Source: Clostridia bacterium (lineage in GTDB: Bacteria > Bacillota > Clostridia > TANB77 > CAG-508). From it: 64,000 nucleotides of DNA. The notes under the pieces were generated by a model, which had not been told where the DNA came from, did no database searches, and was given only the letters and a program-made list of their open reading frames with translations. Both the position numbers and the translations under genes were made by a program. The stretch spans positions 156,946 to 220,945 of the forward strand of contig JAGAKS010000017.1 of NCBI GenBank assembly GCA_017625465.1, read 5' to 3'. Of this stretch, positions 28,195-38,556 are shown in pieces (within the stretch, counting starts at the first letter, position 1; each line of letters begins with the position of its first letter).

Positions 28195-28824
28195 ATGGAG
28201 ATTGACAAAGAAAATCTAAAAAACGAAACAAAAGAAACAGTTAACCAAGTAAAAGACACACTAAAGAATGTTGATATCAACAAAGAAGCAAAAGAAACAA
28301 AAGGTTTTATCAAAGAAATGCTTGTAGCACCATTTGAAAAAATTGAAAAAATTGCAAAAGGTGAAGAAGATGCCTTCAAAAAAGCAATTGTATTATTAAT
28401 TGTAAATATTGTTGCAGTACTAGTAGCTGCATTAATTAGTGCTTTTAAATACAGCTATGGTAGCTTAGGAAGCAAATTATGGGATTTAATTACCGCAGGA
28501 ATTTCACCTATACTTGCTATTTTAGTACCAGCAATAATTATTCTTATAATGAATAAATCAAATAAAAAACCTTTAACAACAATTATAGCAACTTTAGTAG
28601 TTGCAGAAATACCATCAATTCTAGCAGAAGTAATTGATATAATAGAAGTTATACTTCCAAGAATTTTATTAATTTCAAGTCCAATTTCATCTGCATTATC
28701 AGTAATGACAATTGTACTTACTTTCTTTGGAATGAGAACTTTATTTGGAGAAGAAAAAGAAAGCTTCTTATTCAAATTTGCAGGAATTAAATTTGTAACA
28801 GCTCTAGTTTTATATATAATTTAA
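28195..28824 (+). CDS. hypothetical membrane protein
   Basis: charged N-terminal region followed by 4-5 hydrophobic helices; good RBS. Confidence 0.45.
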   Translation: MEIDKENLKNETKETVNQVKDTLKNVDINKEAKETKGFIKEMLVAPFEKIEKIAKGEEDAFKKAIVLLIVNIVAVLVAALISAFKYSYGSLGSKLWDLITAGISPILAILVPAIIILIMNKSNKKPLTTIIATLVVAEIPSILAEVIDIIEVILPRILLISSPISSALSVMTIVLTFFGMRTLFGEEKESFLFKFAGIKFVTALVLYII

Positions 28825-28827
28825 AAA

Positions 28828-28862
28828 AATAAAATCCCGATTGTTAAAATCGGGATTTTTTT
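28828..28862. terminator. bidirectional terminator
   Basis: aaatcccgatt-gttaaa-atcgggattt perfect stem followed by TTTTTT. Confidence 0.65.
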
Positions 28863-29454
28863 ATCCATTTATTAATTTTCGTATTGTATCAAATAAGTAT
28901 TCTTTATATTCATCAATAGGCAGAGGTTCTTGGTATGAAATAGAACTAAAACATGTAGAGCTTACTAATTCTATTATCATATATAAAGTAACATCTGGAT
29001 TTTTTAATTTTATATTATTATCTTTAATGCCTTTTTGAAATAATTTATATATACCATCTTCTTCGTCTTCATAATTATCATGTATTTTTTTTACGGTTTT
29101 TGTATAAATTCCCCAAGAAAGATTTTTAGATATGAAACTTAAAAGTAAAGGTTTTTTCTTAAGTTCTTCTATGACATGATCAACTATAAATATTACTTGT
29201 TCTGTTAAGTCAGTAATATTAGTTTTTCTTAAATCTGTCAATGCATCATAGAAAAGTTTTTGAGATTTTTTCTCGATTAGTATATCTCTTATTTCATATT
29301 TATCTTTGAAATATAAGTAGAAAGTACCTTTTCCAACATCAGCATTATCAACAATTTCTTGAATGGATGTATTTTTAATTCCTTTTTCTGTAAATAGTTT
29401 AAAAGCAGTATCTAATAGTCTATTTTCTTTATTTCCATTTTCTACATTTTTCAT
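28861..29454 (-). CDS. TetR/AcrR-family transcriptional regulator
   Basis: N-terminal LLDTAFKLFTEKGIKNTSIQEIVDNADVGKGTFYLYF HTH. Confidence 0.8.
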   Translation of the reverse strand: MKNVENGNKENRLLDTAFKLFTEKGIKNTSIQEIVDNADVGKGTFYLYFKDKYEIRDILIEKKSQKLFYDALTDLRKTNITDLTEQVIFIVDHVIEELKKKPLLLSFISKNLSWGIYTKTVKKIHDNYEDEEDGIYKLFQKGIKDNNIKLKNPDVTLYMIIELVSSTCFSSISYQEPLPIDEYKEYLFDTIRKLING

Positions 29455-29491
29455 AATCGGTGCTCCTTATAAATATATTATTACATAAATC

Positions 29492-29572
29492 TGACTATCA
29501 GTCAATATTTTTTTGAAAAGTATTGACTAATGGTCAGTAAGGCGCTATAATATATAAAGTGACCAATGGTCA
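29492..29572. promoter_or_regulatory. three TetR-type palindromic operators overlapping a consensus promoter for the MMPL gene
   Basis: TGACTATCAGTCA (29492-29504), TGACTAATGGTCA (29524-29536), TGACCAATGGTCA (29560-29572); TTGACT-17-TATAAT (29523-29551). Confidence 0.55.
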
Positions 29573-29595
29573 TAATTTAAAAAGGAGGTTATTAT

Positions 29596-31662
29596 ATGGA
29601 AAAGTTAGGCAATTTTATATGTAAGCATAGAAAAATAATTTTACTAATTTCACTTATATTATTAATTCCATCTTTAATTGGAATTAGTATGACTAGAATC
29701 AATTATGATATATTAGTATATTTACCAGATAATATAGAAACCATACAAGGCGAAAAGATCTTATCTAGTGAATTTGATATGGGAGCTTTTTCTATTATCA
29801 TATTAGATAATATGCCTACAAAAGAAATTCTAAAATTGGAAGAAAAAATAAAGCAGTTAGATAATGTAGAAATGGTAATTTCGGCGGCCGATGTGTTAGG
29901 AACAAGTATACCAGTTGATATGCTTCCAGAGGATATAAAAGATAAAATATATAAAGATGATGCAACAATTATGATGGCAACCTTTAAAGAAGGAATTTCT
30001 GATGATAAAACGATAGAAACTATTGAAATACTTAGAAACATAACAGATGAAAGATGTAAGATAAGTGGAATGACAGCTGTTGTATTAGATACTAGAGATT
30101 TATCAAATTCAGAAATATCAATATATGTAATAATAGCTGTAATATTATGTTTGGTAGTTCTTGAAATTGCTTTAGATTCATACGTAGTTCCATTTTTATT
30201 ACTAATGAATATAGGAATTGCAATTTTATATAATATGGGAACTAATGTATTTTTAGGAGAGATATCATATATTACTAAGGCAATAAGTTCGGTGTTGCAA
30301 TTAGGTGTTACAATGGATTTTGCTATTTTCTTATATCATAGTTATATGCAAGAAAAGAAAAAAGAAAGTAACATGGAGAAAGCTATGGCTACAGCAATTT
30401 CAAAAACTATGACTTCAGTTGTGGGAAGTTCATTTACAACAATTGCAGGCTTTTTAGCTTTATGCAGTATGAATTTAACACTTGGAAAAGATATTGGAAT
30501 TGTTATGGCAAAAGGTGTTATGTTTGGTGTAATTTGTGTAATTGTAGTATTACCAACAATGATACTTGCTTTTAATAGAATTATTGAAAAAACAAAACAT
30601 AAACCAATAATGCCTAAGTTTACGAAAATAAAAGAATTTGCAATAAAACATTATATATTTGCCATAATTGCTTTTATAGTAATTTTACCAATAGCTTATT
30701 ATGGTTACACACATACAGATATATACTATAATTTAGACAAAAGCTTGCCAAAAACTTTGCAAAGTATAACTGCAAATTCAGAATTGAAAGAAAAATTTAA
30801 TATGGTTTCAACAGAAATCATACTAATAGATAAAAATATTCCAGATAGTAAGATTAATGAGATGCTAGATAAAATTGAACAATTAGATGGAATCGAATGG
30901 ACAATGGGATTAGCAAAATTATCAGATTTTGGAGTTCCAAAAGACATAATACCAGATGAGATTTTAAATAAAATACAAAATGAAAAATATCAATTAATTA
31001 TCGTAAATTCAATATATGAAATGGCAACTGACGAACTAAATTCACAGGTAAATTTGGTTAACAATATTATTAAAGAATATGATGAAAATGCTATTTTAGC
31101 TGGTGAAGGCCCACTAATGAAAGATTTGGTAGAGATTAGTGATCATGATTTTAATAGTGTTAATAGTGTTTCTATAGGTATTATATTTATTATTATGATT
31201 TTTGTATTAAAATCTATTTCATTGCCAGTAATTTTAATAATAGTAATAGAATTTGCTATTTTTATAAATATGGGTATACCATGTTACACTAATACAGAAA
31301 TACCATTTATAGCATCTATAGTTATTGGAACAATTCAATTAGGTGCTACAATAGACTATGCTATATTAATAACGACAAAGTATATTAACCATAGAAAAGA
31401 AAGTTTATCTAAAAAAGAAGCGATAGGTAATGCTCTTGAAACTTCAATTGGTTCAATTATAGTTAGCGGATTGTGCTTTTTTGGAGCCACTTTTGGAGTG
31501 GGAGCATGTTCAAAAATAGAAATGATTGGTTCTTTATGTACTTTAATGGCAAGAGGAGCCATAGTAAGTATGATTACAGTTTTGTGTGTTTTACCAGCAT
31601 TTTTGATAGTATTTGATAAATTAATTATAAAAACTACAATTGGTATGAAAGAAGTTAAATAG
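29596..31662 (+). CDS. MMPL/RND-superfamily membrane transporter
   Basis: 688 aa, two blocks of ~6 TM helices separated by hydrophilic loops, typical MMPL architecture. Confidence 0.75.
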   Translation: MEKLGNFICKHRKIILLISLILLIPSLIGISMTRINYDILVYLPDNIETIQGEKILSSEFDMGAFSIIILDNMPTKEILKLEEKIKQLDNVEMVISAADVLGTSIPVDMLPEDIKDKIYKDDATIMMATFKEGISDDKTIETIEILRNITDERCKISGMTAVVLDTRDLSNSEISIYVIIAVILCLVVLEIALDSYVVPFLLLMNIGIAILYNMGTNVFLGEISYITKAISSVLQLGVTMDFAIFLYHSYMQEKKKESNMEKAMATAISKTMTSVVGSSFTTIAGFLALCSMNLTLGKDIGIVMAKGVMFGVICVIVVLPTMILAFNRIIEKTKHKPIMPKFTKIKEFAIKHYIFAIIAFIVILPIAYYGYTHTDIYYNLDKSLPKTLQSITANSELKEKFNMVSTEIILIDKNIPDSKINEMLDKIEQLDGIEWTMGLAKLSDFGVPKDIIPDEILNKIQNEKYQLIIVNSIYEMATDELNSQVNLVNNIIKEYDENAILAGEGPLMKDLVEISDHDFNSVNSVSIGIIFIIMIFVLKSISLPVILIIVIEFAIFINMGIPCYTNTEIPFIASIVIGTIQLGATIDYAILITTKYINHRKESLSKKEAIGNALETSIGSIIVSGLCFFGATFGVGACSKIEMIGSLCTLMARGAIVSMITVLCVLPAFLIVFDKLIIKTTIGMKEVK

Positions 31663-31677
31663 ATAAGGAGGAAAAAT

Positions 31678-33936
31678 ATGAATAAAATTATTAAAAAAGT
31701 TGTTTCAGGAATGGCTTTATGTACAATGCTAACATATACAATGCCTATCTTGGCATATACAAACGAAGAAACGATTTATTCAAAATTAAATTCTTCAGGA
31801 GAAGTATACAAAAATATAGTAAGTACAACTGTTGAAGATGAAAATGGAACAGAAAACATACAAGAAGATATGAGCTTAGATAAAGAATTACCAGTAGAAT
31901 GTAAAGTAACATATACTTTAGATGGTAAGGAAATGAAAGCAAGTGATATGGCAGGAAAGAGTGGAAAAGTAAATATTACAATAGAATATGAAAATAAAGT
32001 AAAAAGCACAGATGGTATATATACTCCATTTTTAGTTATTTCTGGCGTAGTTATAAATAATGCAAATAATAAAAATATAGAAATCAGCAATGGAAAAGTA
32101 GTTAATAATGGAGATAAAACTATTGCTATTGGTTTTGCTCTTCCTGGAATGCAAGAAAACTTAGAAATGCTTGATGATATTGATATTCCAAATAAAATAG
32201 AAATAAAAATGGAATCAAAAAACTTTGAAATTGGAAATATTATGAATTTTGCTACACCTAGAATTTTAGAAGAGGGTAGTTTAGATGAAGTTTATGATAA
32301 ATTAGACGAAATATATTCTCAAGTAAATGATTTAGAAGATGCAACTGGAGAATTAGAAGATGGAACAATAACATTAAGAGATGGAATAATCACTTTAAAT
32401 AATGGTGCTCAAACCTTGAATAATGGAGTACAGAGTCTAAATAGTGGAGCACAAACTTTAAACAATGGTGTTCAAAGTTTAAATAATGGAGCACAAAGTT
32501 TAAATAGTGGTGCTAAAGAATTAAAAACAGGAATTGATACTTTAAAAACAGGAAGTGGTCAGTTAAGTGATGGGGCAAATTCATTGAAAGCAGGTACTGC
32601 AGAATATGTTGCTAATTCAAATTTAATAAATGAAAATATGAAACAAATTTCAGCTGGAGCAAATGAACTTAATTCAAGCTATGAACAAATAGATGGAGGT
32701 ATTAAAGAAATAGAAACACAAGTACCAAATTTAGTAGCAGGTGCCTCAGGATTAAAAACAGCATTAACAGATAATATTTTAAGTACAATGAAAACTTTAA
32801 ATGCTGGTTTATCATCTGTTACTGGAACTATGCCAACATCTTCAAATACTACAAATAGCTTAGCTTTACAATCTGTAAATAGTGCTATTGATGCTGTACA
32901 TTCAACTAATGCAACAGTAACTTCTACTGCAGATACATCAGAGATTGCTCAAAAGCAATCAGAGATACAAGGACAAATAGATGGTTTAAATGCATCAAAA
33001 GCAAATTTAGAAGCATTATTAGAAACAGTACCAGAGGTACAATCAGCGATTGATAACATAAATAATTCAATAGCTATATTAGAAGCAAGTAAGTCAAGTT
33101 TAGCTTCTGTAAATGTAACAGCTACTGCAACAGTTGATTTAGAACCAATAGAAAATAGTTTAGTAAACGCTCAAAGTGCTTTATCTAATGCAAATCCTAC
33201 AGTTACAAATAATTCACAAGTACAAAGTATTGTAGATGGATATGCTGGTTTAGCTACAGCTTTAGAAACACAAGTAATACCAGTAGCTACTCAATTAGAA
33301 GCTGGTGCAAACGCATTAGGTACAGGAGTAAGTGCAATAAGTGCAGGTTCAGATCAAGTAAAGAGTGGTATATCTACTTTAAGTTCTTCAACAGCACAAT
33401 TAAGTGTTGCTAATAATAGTTTAAATTCTGCTGCAAATACAATTTCTCAAGGTGCAGTATTTTTAGCAGATGGTGCTATAAGCTTAGATGCAGGAGTAGG
33501 AAAATTAGTAGATGGTTCTAAAACTTTAGTAGATGGAGTAGGAACTTTGACAAATGGAACTGGTGAACTTGTAAATGGTGCTAGTAGATTAGTAAGTGGA
33601 GCAAGTGAACTAGTAAATGGAACAAATTCATTAGCAAATGGTACAAATGAATTATTAAACGGAGGAAATTCTTTAGTAGAAGGTGTTCAAAAATATAAAA
33701 ATGAAGGTATTCAAAAAATTTGTAATTTAGTAAATGGTGACTTAAGAAAAGTAGAAAGCAGAGTAAAAAGAATGGAAATTTTATCAAATGATTATCAAAA
33801 TTTTGCAAGTGATACTTCAAGAGATGAAATTAAATTTATAAGTATTTTAGATTCTATAAAAATAAGTAATAAAGAAAAGAACAATGATGAAATTATTGAA
33901 ACAACTCCAATAGATGTAAAAAAAGAAGAAAAATAA
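31678..33936 (+). CDS. YhgE/Pip-domain protein with X-X-X-Leu-X-X-Gly heptad repeats
   Basis: tandem LNNGVQSLNSGAQTLNNG... heptads; partner of MMPL in Firmicutes. Confidence 0.65.
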   Translation: MNKIIKKVVSGMALCTMLTYTMPILAYTNEETIYSKLNSSGEVYKNIVSTTVEDENGTENIQEDMSLDKELPVECKVTYTLDGKEMKASDMAGKSGKVNITIEYENKVKSTDGIYTPFLVISGVVINNANNKNIEISNGKVVNNGDKTIAIGFALPGMQENLEMLDDIDIPNKIEIKMESKNFEIGNIMNFATPRILEEGSLDEVYDKLDEIYSQVNDLEDATGELEDGTITLRDGIITLNNGAQTLNNGVQSLNSGAQTLNNGVQSLNNGAQSLNSGAKELKTGIDTLKTGSGQLSDGANSLKAGTAEYVANSNLINENMKQISAGANELNSSYEQIDGGIKEIETQVPNLVAGASGLKTALTDNILSTMKTLNAGLSSVTGTMPTSSNTTNSLALQSVNSAIDAVHSTNATVTSTADTSEIAQKQSEIQGQIDGLNASKANLEALLETVPEVQSAIDNINNSIAILEASKSSLASVNVTATATVDLEPIENSLVNAQSALSNANPTVTNNSQVQSIVDGYAGLATALETQVIPVATQLEAGANALGTGVSAISAGSDQVKSGISTLSSSTAQLSVANNSLNSAANTISQGAVFLADGAISLDAGVGKLVDGSKTLVDGVGTLTNGTGELVNGASRLVSGASELVNGTNSLANGTNELLNGGNSLVEGVQKYKNEGIQKICNLVNGDLRKVESRVKRMEILSNDYQNFASDTSRDEIKFISILDSIKISNKEKNNDEIIETTPIDVKKEEK
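32380..32540 (+). repeat. in-frame 21-bp tandem nucleotide repeats encoding the heptad array
   Basis: ttaaataatggWgcacaaagt units repeated ~7 times. Confidence 0.6.
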
Positions 33937-33942
33937 GAGTAT

Positions 33943-34003
33943 AAGAAAAAAGCTTTAGTTAAGGTGTAATCTTTATTATGGTTTACACTAGGCTAAAGCT
34001 CTT
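33943..34003 (+). terminator. terminator after yhgE/pip-like gene
   Basis: agctttag...ctaaagct stem followed by TTTTTTT. Confidence 0.4.
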
Positions 34004-34478
34004 TTTTTCTAAAATATCACAAATTGAGATATTTTATCACAAAATGAGATAAATTATTGATAAAAAGATAAAACCTTTTATAATATAGTTATAACTTATA
34101 ATTCAAAAAATCTTAAAATATATCGTTTTAAATCAAAAAAATTTTCAATATTTTTTAAAGAACAAGTAAATACAATTAGAATAAAATTATTTGTTGTTAT
34201 ATTACAATTGGGCAAGCAATTGTATTTATAAAATACAAACAGTTTTATTATTGTACAAATTTTAATTCAGGTGTAATCTACACTGTTTCTTTGGCATATT
34301 TTTAAGAATGAATTTTAAGTTAAATTTAATAGAAAAGGAGGTTCATTAAAAAAGTTCCTAAGTCTATAATTGACAATAATTGATATAATTAAATTTAAAG
34401 GCGCCGATGGGTGCCTTTAAAATATTGATATTAAAGTTTTTTTATGATAGAATAATGAGCGTAAAGGAGGAATGTTTT

Positions 34479-36251
34479 GTGAACGAATATGACTGGAATT
34501 TAAAAGAAATTTTTAAAGATGATGAAGAAATAGAAGAAGCAATAAATAGATTATATAAAGAAATAGATAATGTAAAAAAATATAAAGGAATTTTAGGTGA
34601 TAGCTCAAATAATGTTTTAGAGTGTCACAGAAACTTGACAGTTTTATTAGAATTAGAGGAGAAGATTTATGCTTATGCAATGCTTAAATATCATCAAGAT
34701 ATGTCTAATGTAGAAGCTATCAAGTTATATAAAAGAGTGGAGAAAATAGGTACAGATGTATCTACTTCTACAAGTTTTATATCACCAGAATTAAGCAGTT
34801 TAGAAGATGGTAAATTAGAGCAATTTTTAAATGAAAATGAAGAATTAAGAAAAGAATTTAACAAATCTATTCAAGATATTATTAAAGAAAAGAAACACAT
34901 TTTGTCAGCAGATGTTGAAGAAGTTTTGGCAAATTATTCTGAGATATTTGCATCAACTGAAAACACTTATGACATTTTTACTAATACTGAATTTGAGTAT
35001 CCGTCAATTAAAGGTGAAAATGGGGAAGAATTAGAAGTTACATCTGCACTATATCAAAAGTATTTAGCAGATAAGAATCCGGAAATAAGAAAGCAAGCTT
35101 TTGAAGCTATGTATAGCTTATATAAAAAACATATTAATACTATTACAGAACTATATTTGACAAGAGTAAAAACAAGAGTAATTAGCAGTAAACTTAGAAA
35201 ATATGCATCTTCATTAGATGCAGCAACTAGCAATGATGACTCAACTGTTCAAGTGTATGAAACTTTATTAAAAGAAGTAAATAAGAATCTAAACTTAAAT
35301 TATGAGTATATGGAAGTAAAGAGAAAACTACTAAATCTTGACAAAATACATGTGTATGATGTATATGTTAATGCTTTGGAAAAAGAAGAGCAAAATATAC
35401 AATATGAAGAAGCTCAAAAAACAGTGTTGAATGCACTTGAGGTTATGGGAGATGAATATACTAGCATGTTAAAACATGCATTTAACAATAATTGGATAGA
35501 TGTGTTTGAAAAAAAGAATAAAATGTCTGGCGGTTATAGCATGGGAGTTCATTCAGTTCATCCATACATTTTACTTAACTATATAAATACTTCAAGAGAT
35601 GTTTCAACATTGGCACATGAATTAGGACATACAATGCACAGCTTTTATGCAAGTAAAAATCAAAATATTATAAATGCGAATTATACAATAACGGTAGCAG
35701 AAGTTGCATCAACAGTAAATGAAATTATACTTGCAAATTACCTTATAAATAAAGAAACTGATAAAGTAAAAAAAGCAGCTTTAATAAATGAACAACTTGA
35801 CATGATAAGAGCAACACTAATACGTCAAAGTATGTTTGCAGAGTTTGAGAAAGAGGTTCATTCAAAAGTAGAAGCGAATGAAAGCTTGACATCAGAAAAC
35901 TTAAACGATATTTATTATAAACTTGTAAAAAAATATTTTGGAGAAAATGTTATTATTGATGAAGATATAAAATATGAGTGGGCTAGAGTACCTCATTTTT
36001 ATAGATGTTTCTATGTATATAAATATGCAACAGGAATTACTTCTGCAATAGTAATTGCAAATAAAATTTTAAACAAAGAACCAGGATATGTAGACAAATA
36101 TATCAAAATGTTAAGTTTAGGGGGATCAAAAGGTTCTTTAGACCTTTTAAGAATGGTAGATGTAGACTTAGAAAAAGAAGATACTTACGAAATTGCATTT
36201 AATTATTTTAGAAAAAATTTAGAAGAATTAAATAAATTAATAAATGACTAA
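34479..36251 (+). CDS. pepF: oligoendopeptidase F (M3B)
   Basis: HELGHTMH zinc motif and downstream E; start assigned to GTG 34479 after AAGGAGG rather than upstream ATG. Confidence 0.8.
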   Translation: MNEYDWNLKEIFKDDEEIEEAINRLYKEIDNVKKYKGILGDSSNNVLECHRNLTVLLELEEKIYAYAMLKYHQDMSNVEAIKLYKRVEKIGTDVSTSTSFISPELSSLEDGKLEQFLNENEELRKEFNKSIQDIIKEKKHILSADVEEVLANYSEIFASTENTYDIFTNTEFEYPSIKGENGEELEVTSALYQKYLADKNPEIRKQAFEAMYSLYKKHINTITELYLTRVKTRVISSKLRKYASSLDAATSNDDSTVQVYETLLKEVNKNLNLNYEYMEVKRKLLNLDKIHVYDVYVNALEKEEQNIQYEEAQKTVLNALEVMGDEYTSMLKHAFNNNWIDVFEKKNKMSGGYSMGVHSVHPYILLNYINTSRDVSTLAHELGHTMHSFYASKNQNIINANYTITVAEVASTVNEIILANYLINKETDKVKKAALINEQLDMIRATLIRQSMFAEFEKEVHSKVEANESLTSENLNDIYYKLVKKYFGENVIIDEDIKYEWARVPHFYRCFYVYKYATGITSAIVIANKILNKEPGYVDKYIKMLSLGGSKGSLDLLRMVDVDLEKEDTYEIAFNYFRKNLEELNKLIND

Positions 36252-36315
36252 TTTTTCACACAAAAAACATAATAAAGTAGTATTATGTTGGAAGTAGTAA
36301 TAATGGAGGTATCGT

Positions 36316-36996
36316 ATGAAAGATTTAACAGTTTTAGTAGTAGATGATGAAGCAAGAATGAGAAAACTTATAAAAGATTTCTTGGCACAAAAGGATTTTA
36401 ATATTTTAGAAGCAGAAGATGGAGAAAAGGCTTTAAAAATATATAATGAAAACAAAAATAAAATAAATTTAATATTACTAGATGTTATGATGCCTAAATT
36501 AGATGGTTGGTCTGTTTTAAGACAAATTCGTCAAGAAAATAAAACACTTCCAATTGTAATGCTTACAGCTAGAACAGAAGAACAAGATGAATTGTTTGGT
36601 TTTGAATTAGGTGTAGATGAATATATTGCAAAACCATTTAGTCCTAAGATTTTAGTAGCTAGGGTTGAAGCAATACTTAAAAGAACAGCACCAAAAGAAA
36701 AAGAAACAAAGGATTATGATGGAATAGTTATAGATAACGAAGGAAGAACTGTTACCGTTGATGGAAAACCGATTGAATTAAGCTTTAGAGAATATGAGCT
36801 ATTAAAATATTTGTTAGATAATGAAAATATTGCTCTTTCAAGAGATAAAATATTAAATACTGTATGGAATTATGATTATTATGGAGATTCTAGAACAATT
36901 GATAGTCATATTAAAAAGATAAGACATAAACTTGGCAAAAAAGGAAAACATATACAAACTATTAGAGGTATAGGTTATAAATTTGAAATTAAATAG
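36316..36996 (+). CDS. OmpR-family response regulator
   Basis: receiver domain (VVDDE...LLDVMMPKLDG) and winged-helix C-terminal domain. Confidence 0.9.
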   Translation: MKDLTVLVVDDEARMRKLIKDFLAQKDFNILEAEDGEKALKIYNENKNKINLILLDVMMPKLDGWSVLRQIRQENKTLPIVMLTARTEEQDELFGFELGVDEYIAKPFSPKILVARVEAILKRTAPKEKETKDYDGIVIDNEGRTVTVDGKPIELSFREYELLKYLLDNENIALSRDKILNTVWNYDYYGDSRTIDSHIKKIRHKLGKKGKHIQTIRGIGYKFEIK

Positions 36997-37004
36997 AGGA
37001 AAGT

Positions 37005-38504
37005 ATGAAAAAAATTTTTAATTCCATTAGAGCAAAGTTATTTTGTACGCTTTGCATTGTTATTGTAATGATAATAGGATTTTTAGTTATTGTAAATAGT
37101 GTTTTTTTAGAGACTTTATATGTGTATTCAAAAAAAGAAAGTTCTCTTGAAACCTTTGAATATATTAAAGCAAATTATTCGGAAGAAATTAGTGATGAAT
37201 TAAAAAAAGAATTAGAAAAATTTTCACTTAGTAACAATTTTGATATTTTAATAATGAATGGAGAAGAGGCTGTTTTTTCAACAGAAGATAACTTTTTGAA
37301 AAATTTTAGCAACATCAAAGAAGTTAATTATGATGTGGGTTATAGCATTTTCTCAAAAGGCGATATATTATATTCAACTAAAGATATAACAATTTCAAGA
37401 GAGCAAGATAGACAATATGGTTTTAGTTTTATAGTGCTTTCTGGAAACATTAGAGAAAATGTAAAAGCATATATAAGAATGCCTATTTCACCTATTCAAG
37501 ATAGCGTAAAAATATCTAATCAATCATTGTTTGTATTAGGTTTTGCAACAATGATTATTGGTGGTATTGCCATATTAGTAATTACTGAAAGATTTACTAA
37601 GCCAATTGAAGAATTAAATGACATTGCAAATGGAATGGCTAATTTAGATTTTAGCAAAAAATACAGAATACAAGATAATGAAGATGAAATAAATGAACTA
37701 GGTAGAAGCATAAATACATTATCAGACAAACTTGAAGATACTATTCATCAATTAAAATTAAATAATATGGAGCTTGAAAAAGATATTGAACAGCATTCTA
37801 AAATAGATGAAATGAGAAAACAATTTATTTCAGATGTTTCTCATGAATTAAAAACACCAATAGCTTTAATTCAAGGGTATGCAGAAGGTTTAGTCGAGAA
37901 TGTTATAACAGATGAAGAAAGTAAGAAGTTTTATAGTGAAGTTATATTAGATGAAGCCAACAAGATGGATAAATTAGTTAAAAGGCTTCTAGAACTTATG
38001 AAATTGGAATATGAGGAAAGAAAATTTAATGATAAGGTATTTGATATAACAGAGGTGATAAATGAAGTTATAAAGAATTCTAAGGTTATGTTAGAAGAAA
38101 AAAATACCAATGTTGAATTTAAAGTAACAGGACCAGTTGAGGTTTATGCAGACGATTTTTACATTGAGCAAGTCATTACTAATTATTTTACAAATGCCAT
38201 AAAAAATGTTGAAGAGGTAAAAGGGAAAAATTTAATTAAGATAAATGTAAAAAAGGGAAAAACTCCTGGCAAGTTAAGAGTATCAGTCTTTAATACTGGA
38301 AAAAATATTTCTGATGAAGATTTATCTCGAATTTGGAATCGTTTTTATAAAGTAGATAGTTCTAGAAATCGTTCTAATGGAGGTACAGGTATAGGGTTAT
38401 CATTGGTAAAAGCGATTATGAATAGATATAACAATAAATATGGTGTTAGCAATAAAATAGATGGGGTAGAGTTCTATTTTGAAATTGAAGAAGCAAAAAA
38501 ATAA
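37005..38504 (+). CDS. sensor histidine kinase (2 TM, HAMP, HisKA, HATPase)
   Basis: phospho-acceptor box SHELKTP, N/G1/G2 boxes (GGTGIGL). Confidence 0.85.
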   Translation: MKKIFNSIRAKLFCTLCIVIVMIIGFLVIVNSVFLETLYVYSKKESSLETFEYIKANYSEEISDELKKELEKFSLSNNFDILIMNGEEAVFSTEDNFLKNFSNIKEVNYDVGYSIFSKGDILYSTKDITISREQDRQYGFSFIVLSGNIRENVKAYIRMPISPIQDSVKISNQSLFVLGFATMIIGGIAILVITERFTKPIEELNDIANGMANLDFSKKYRIQDNEDEINELGRSINTLSDKLEDTIHQLKLNNMELEKDIEQHSKIDEMRKQFISDVSHELKTPIALIQGYAEGLVENVITDEESKKFYSEVILDEANKMDKLVKRLLELMKLEYEERKFNDKVFDITEVINEVIKNSKVMLEEKNTNVEFKVTGPVEVYADDFYIEQVITNYFTNAIKNVEEVKGKNLIKINVKKGKTPGKLRVSVFNTGKNISDEDLSRIWNRFYKVDSSRNRSNGGTGIGLSLVKAIMNRYNNKYGVSNKIDGVEFYFEIEEAKK

Positions 38505-38556
38505 ACTAAAAAAGAAGAATATGTTAAAAAGCATATTCTTCTTTTTATATTAATAA

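Noticed and set aside
28170-28775. Minus-strand ORFs 28170-28379 and 28455-28775; plus-strand 28841-29038
   Set aside because: Overlap the membrane-protein gene and TetR gene respectively on the opposite strand; low-complexity
29703-33820. Minus-strand ORFs inside MMPL and YhgE/Pip genes
   Set aside because: Antisense shadows
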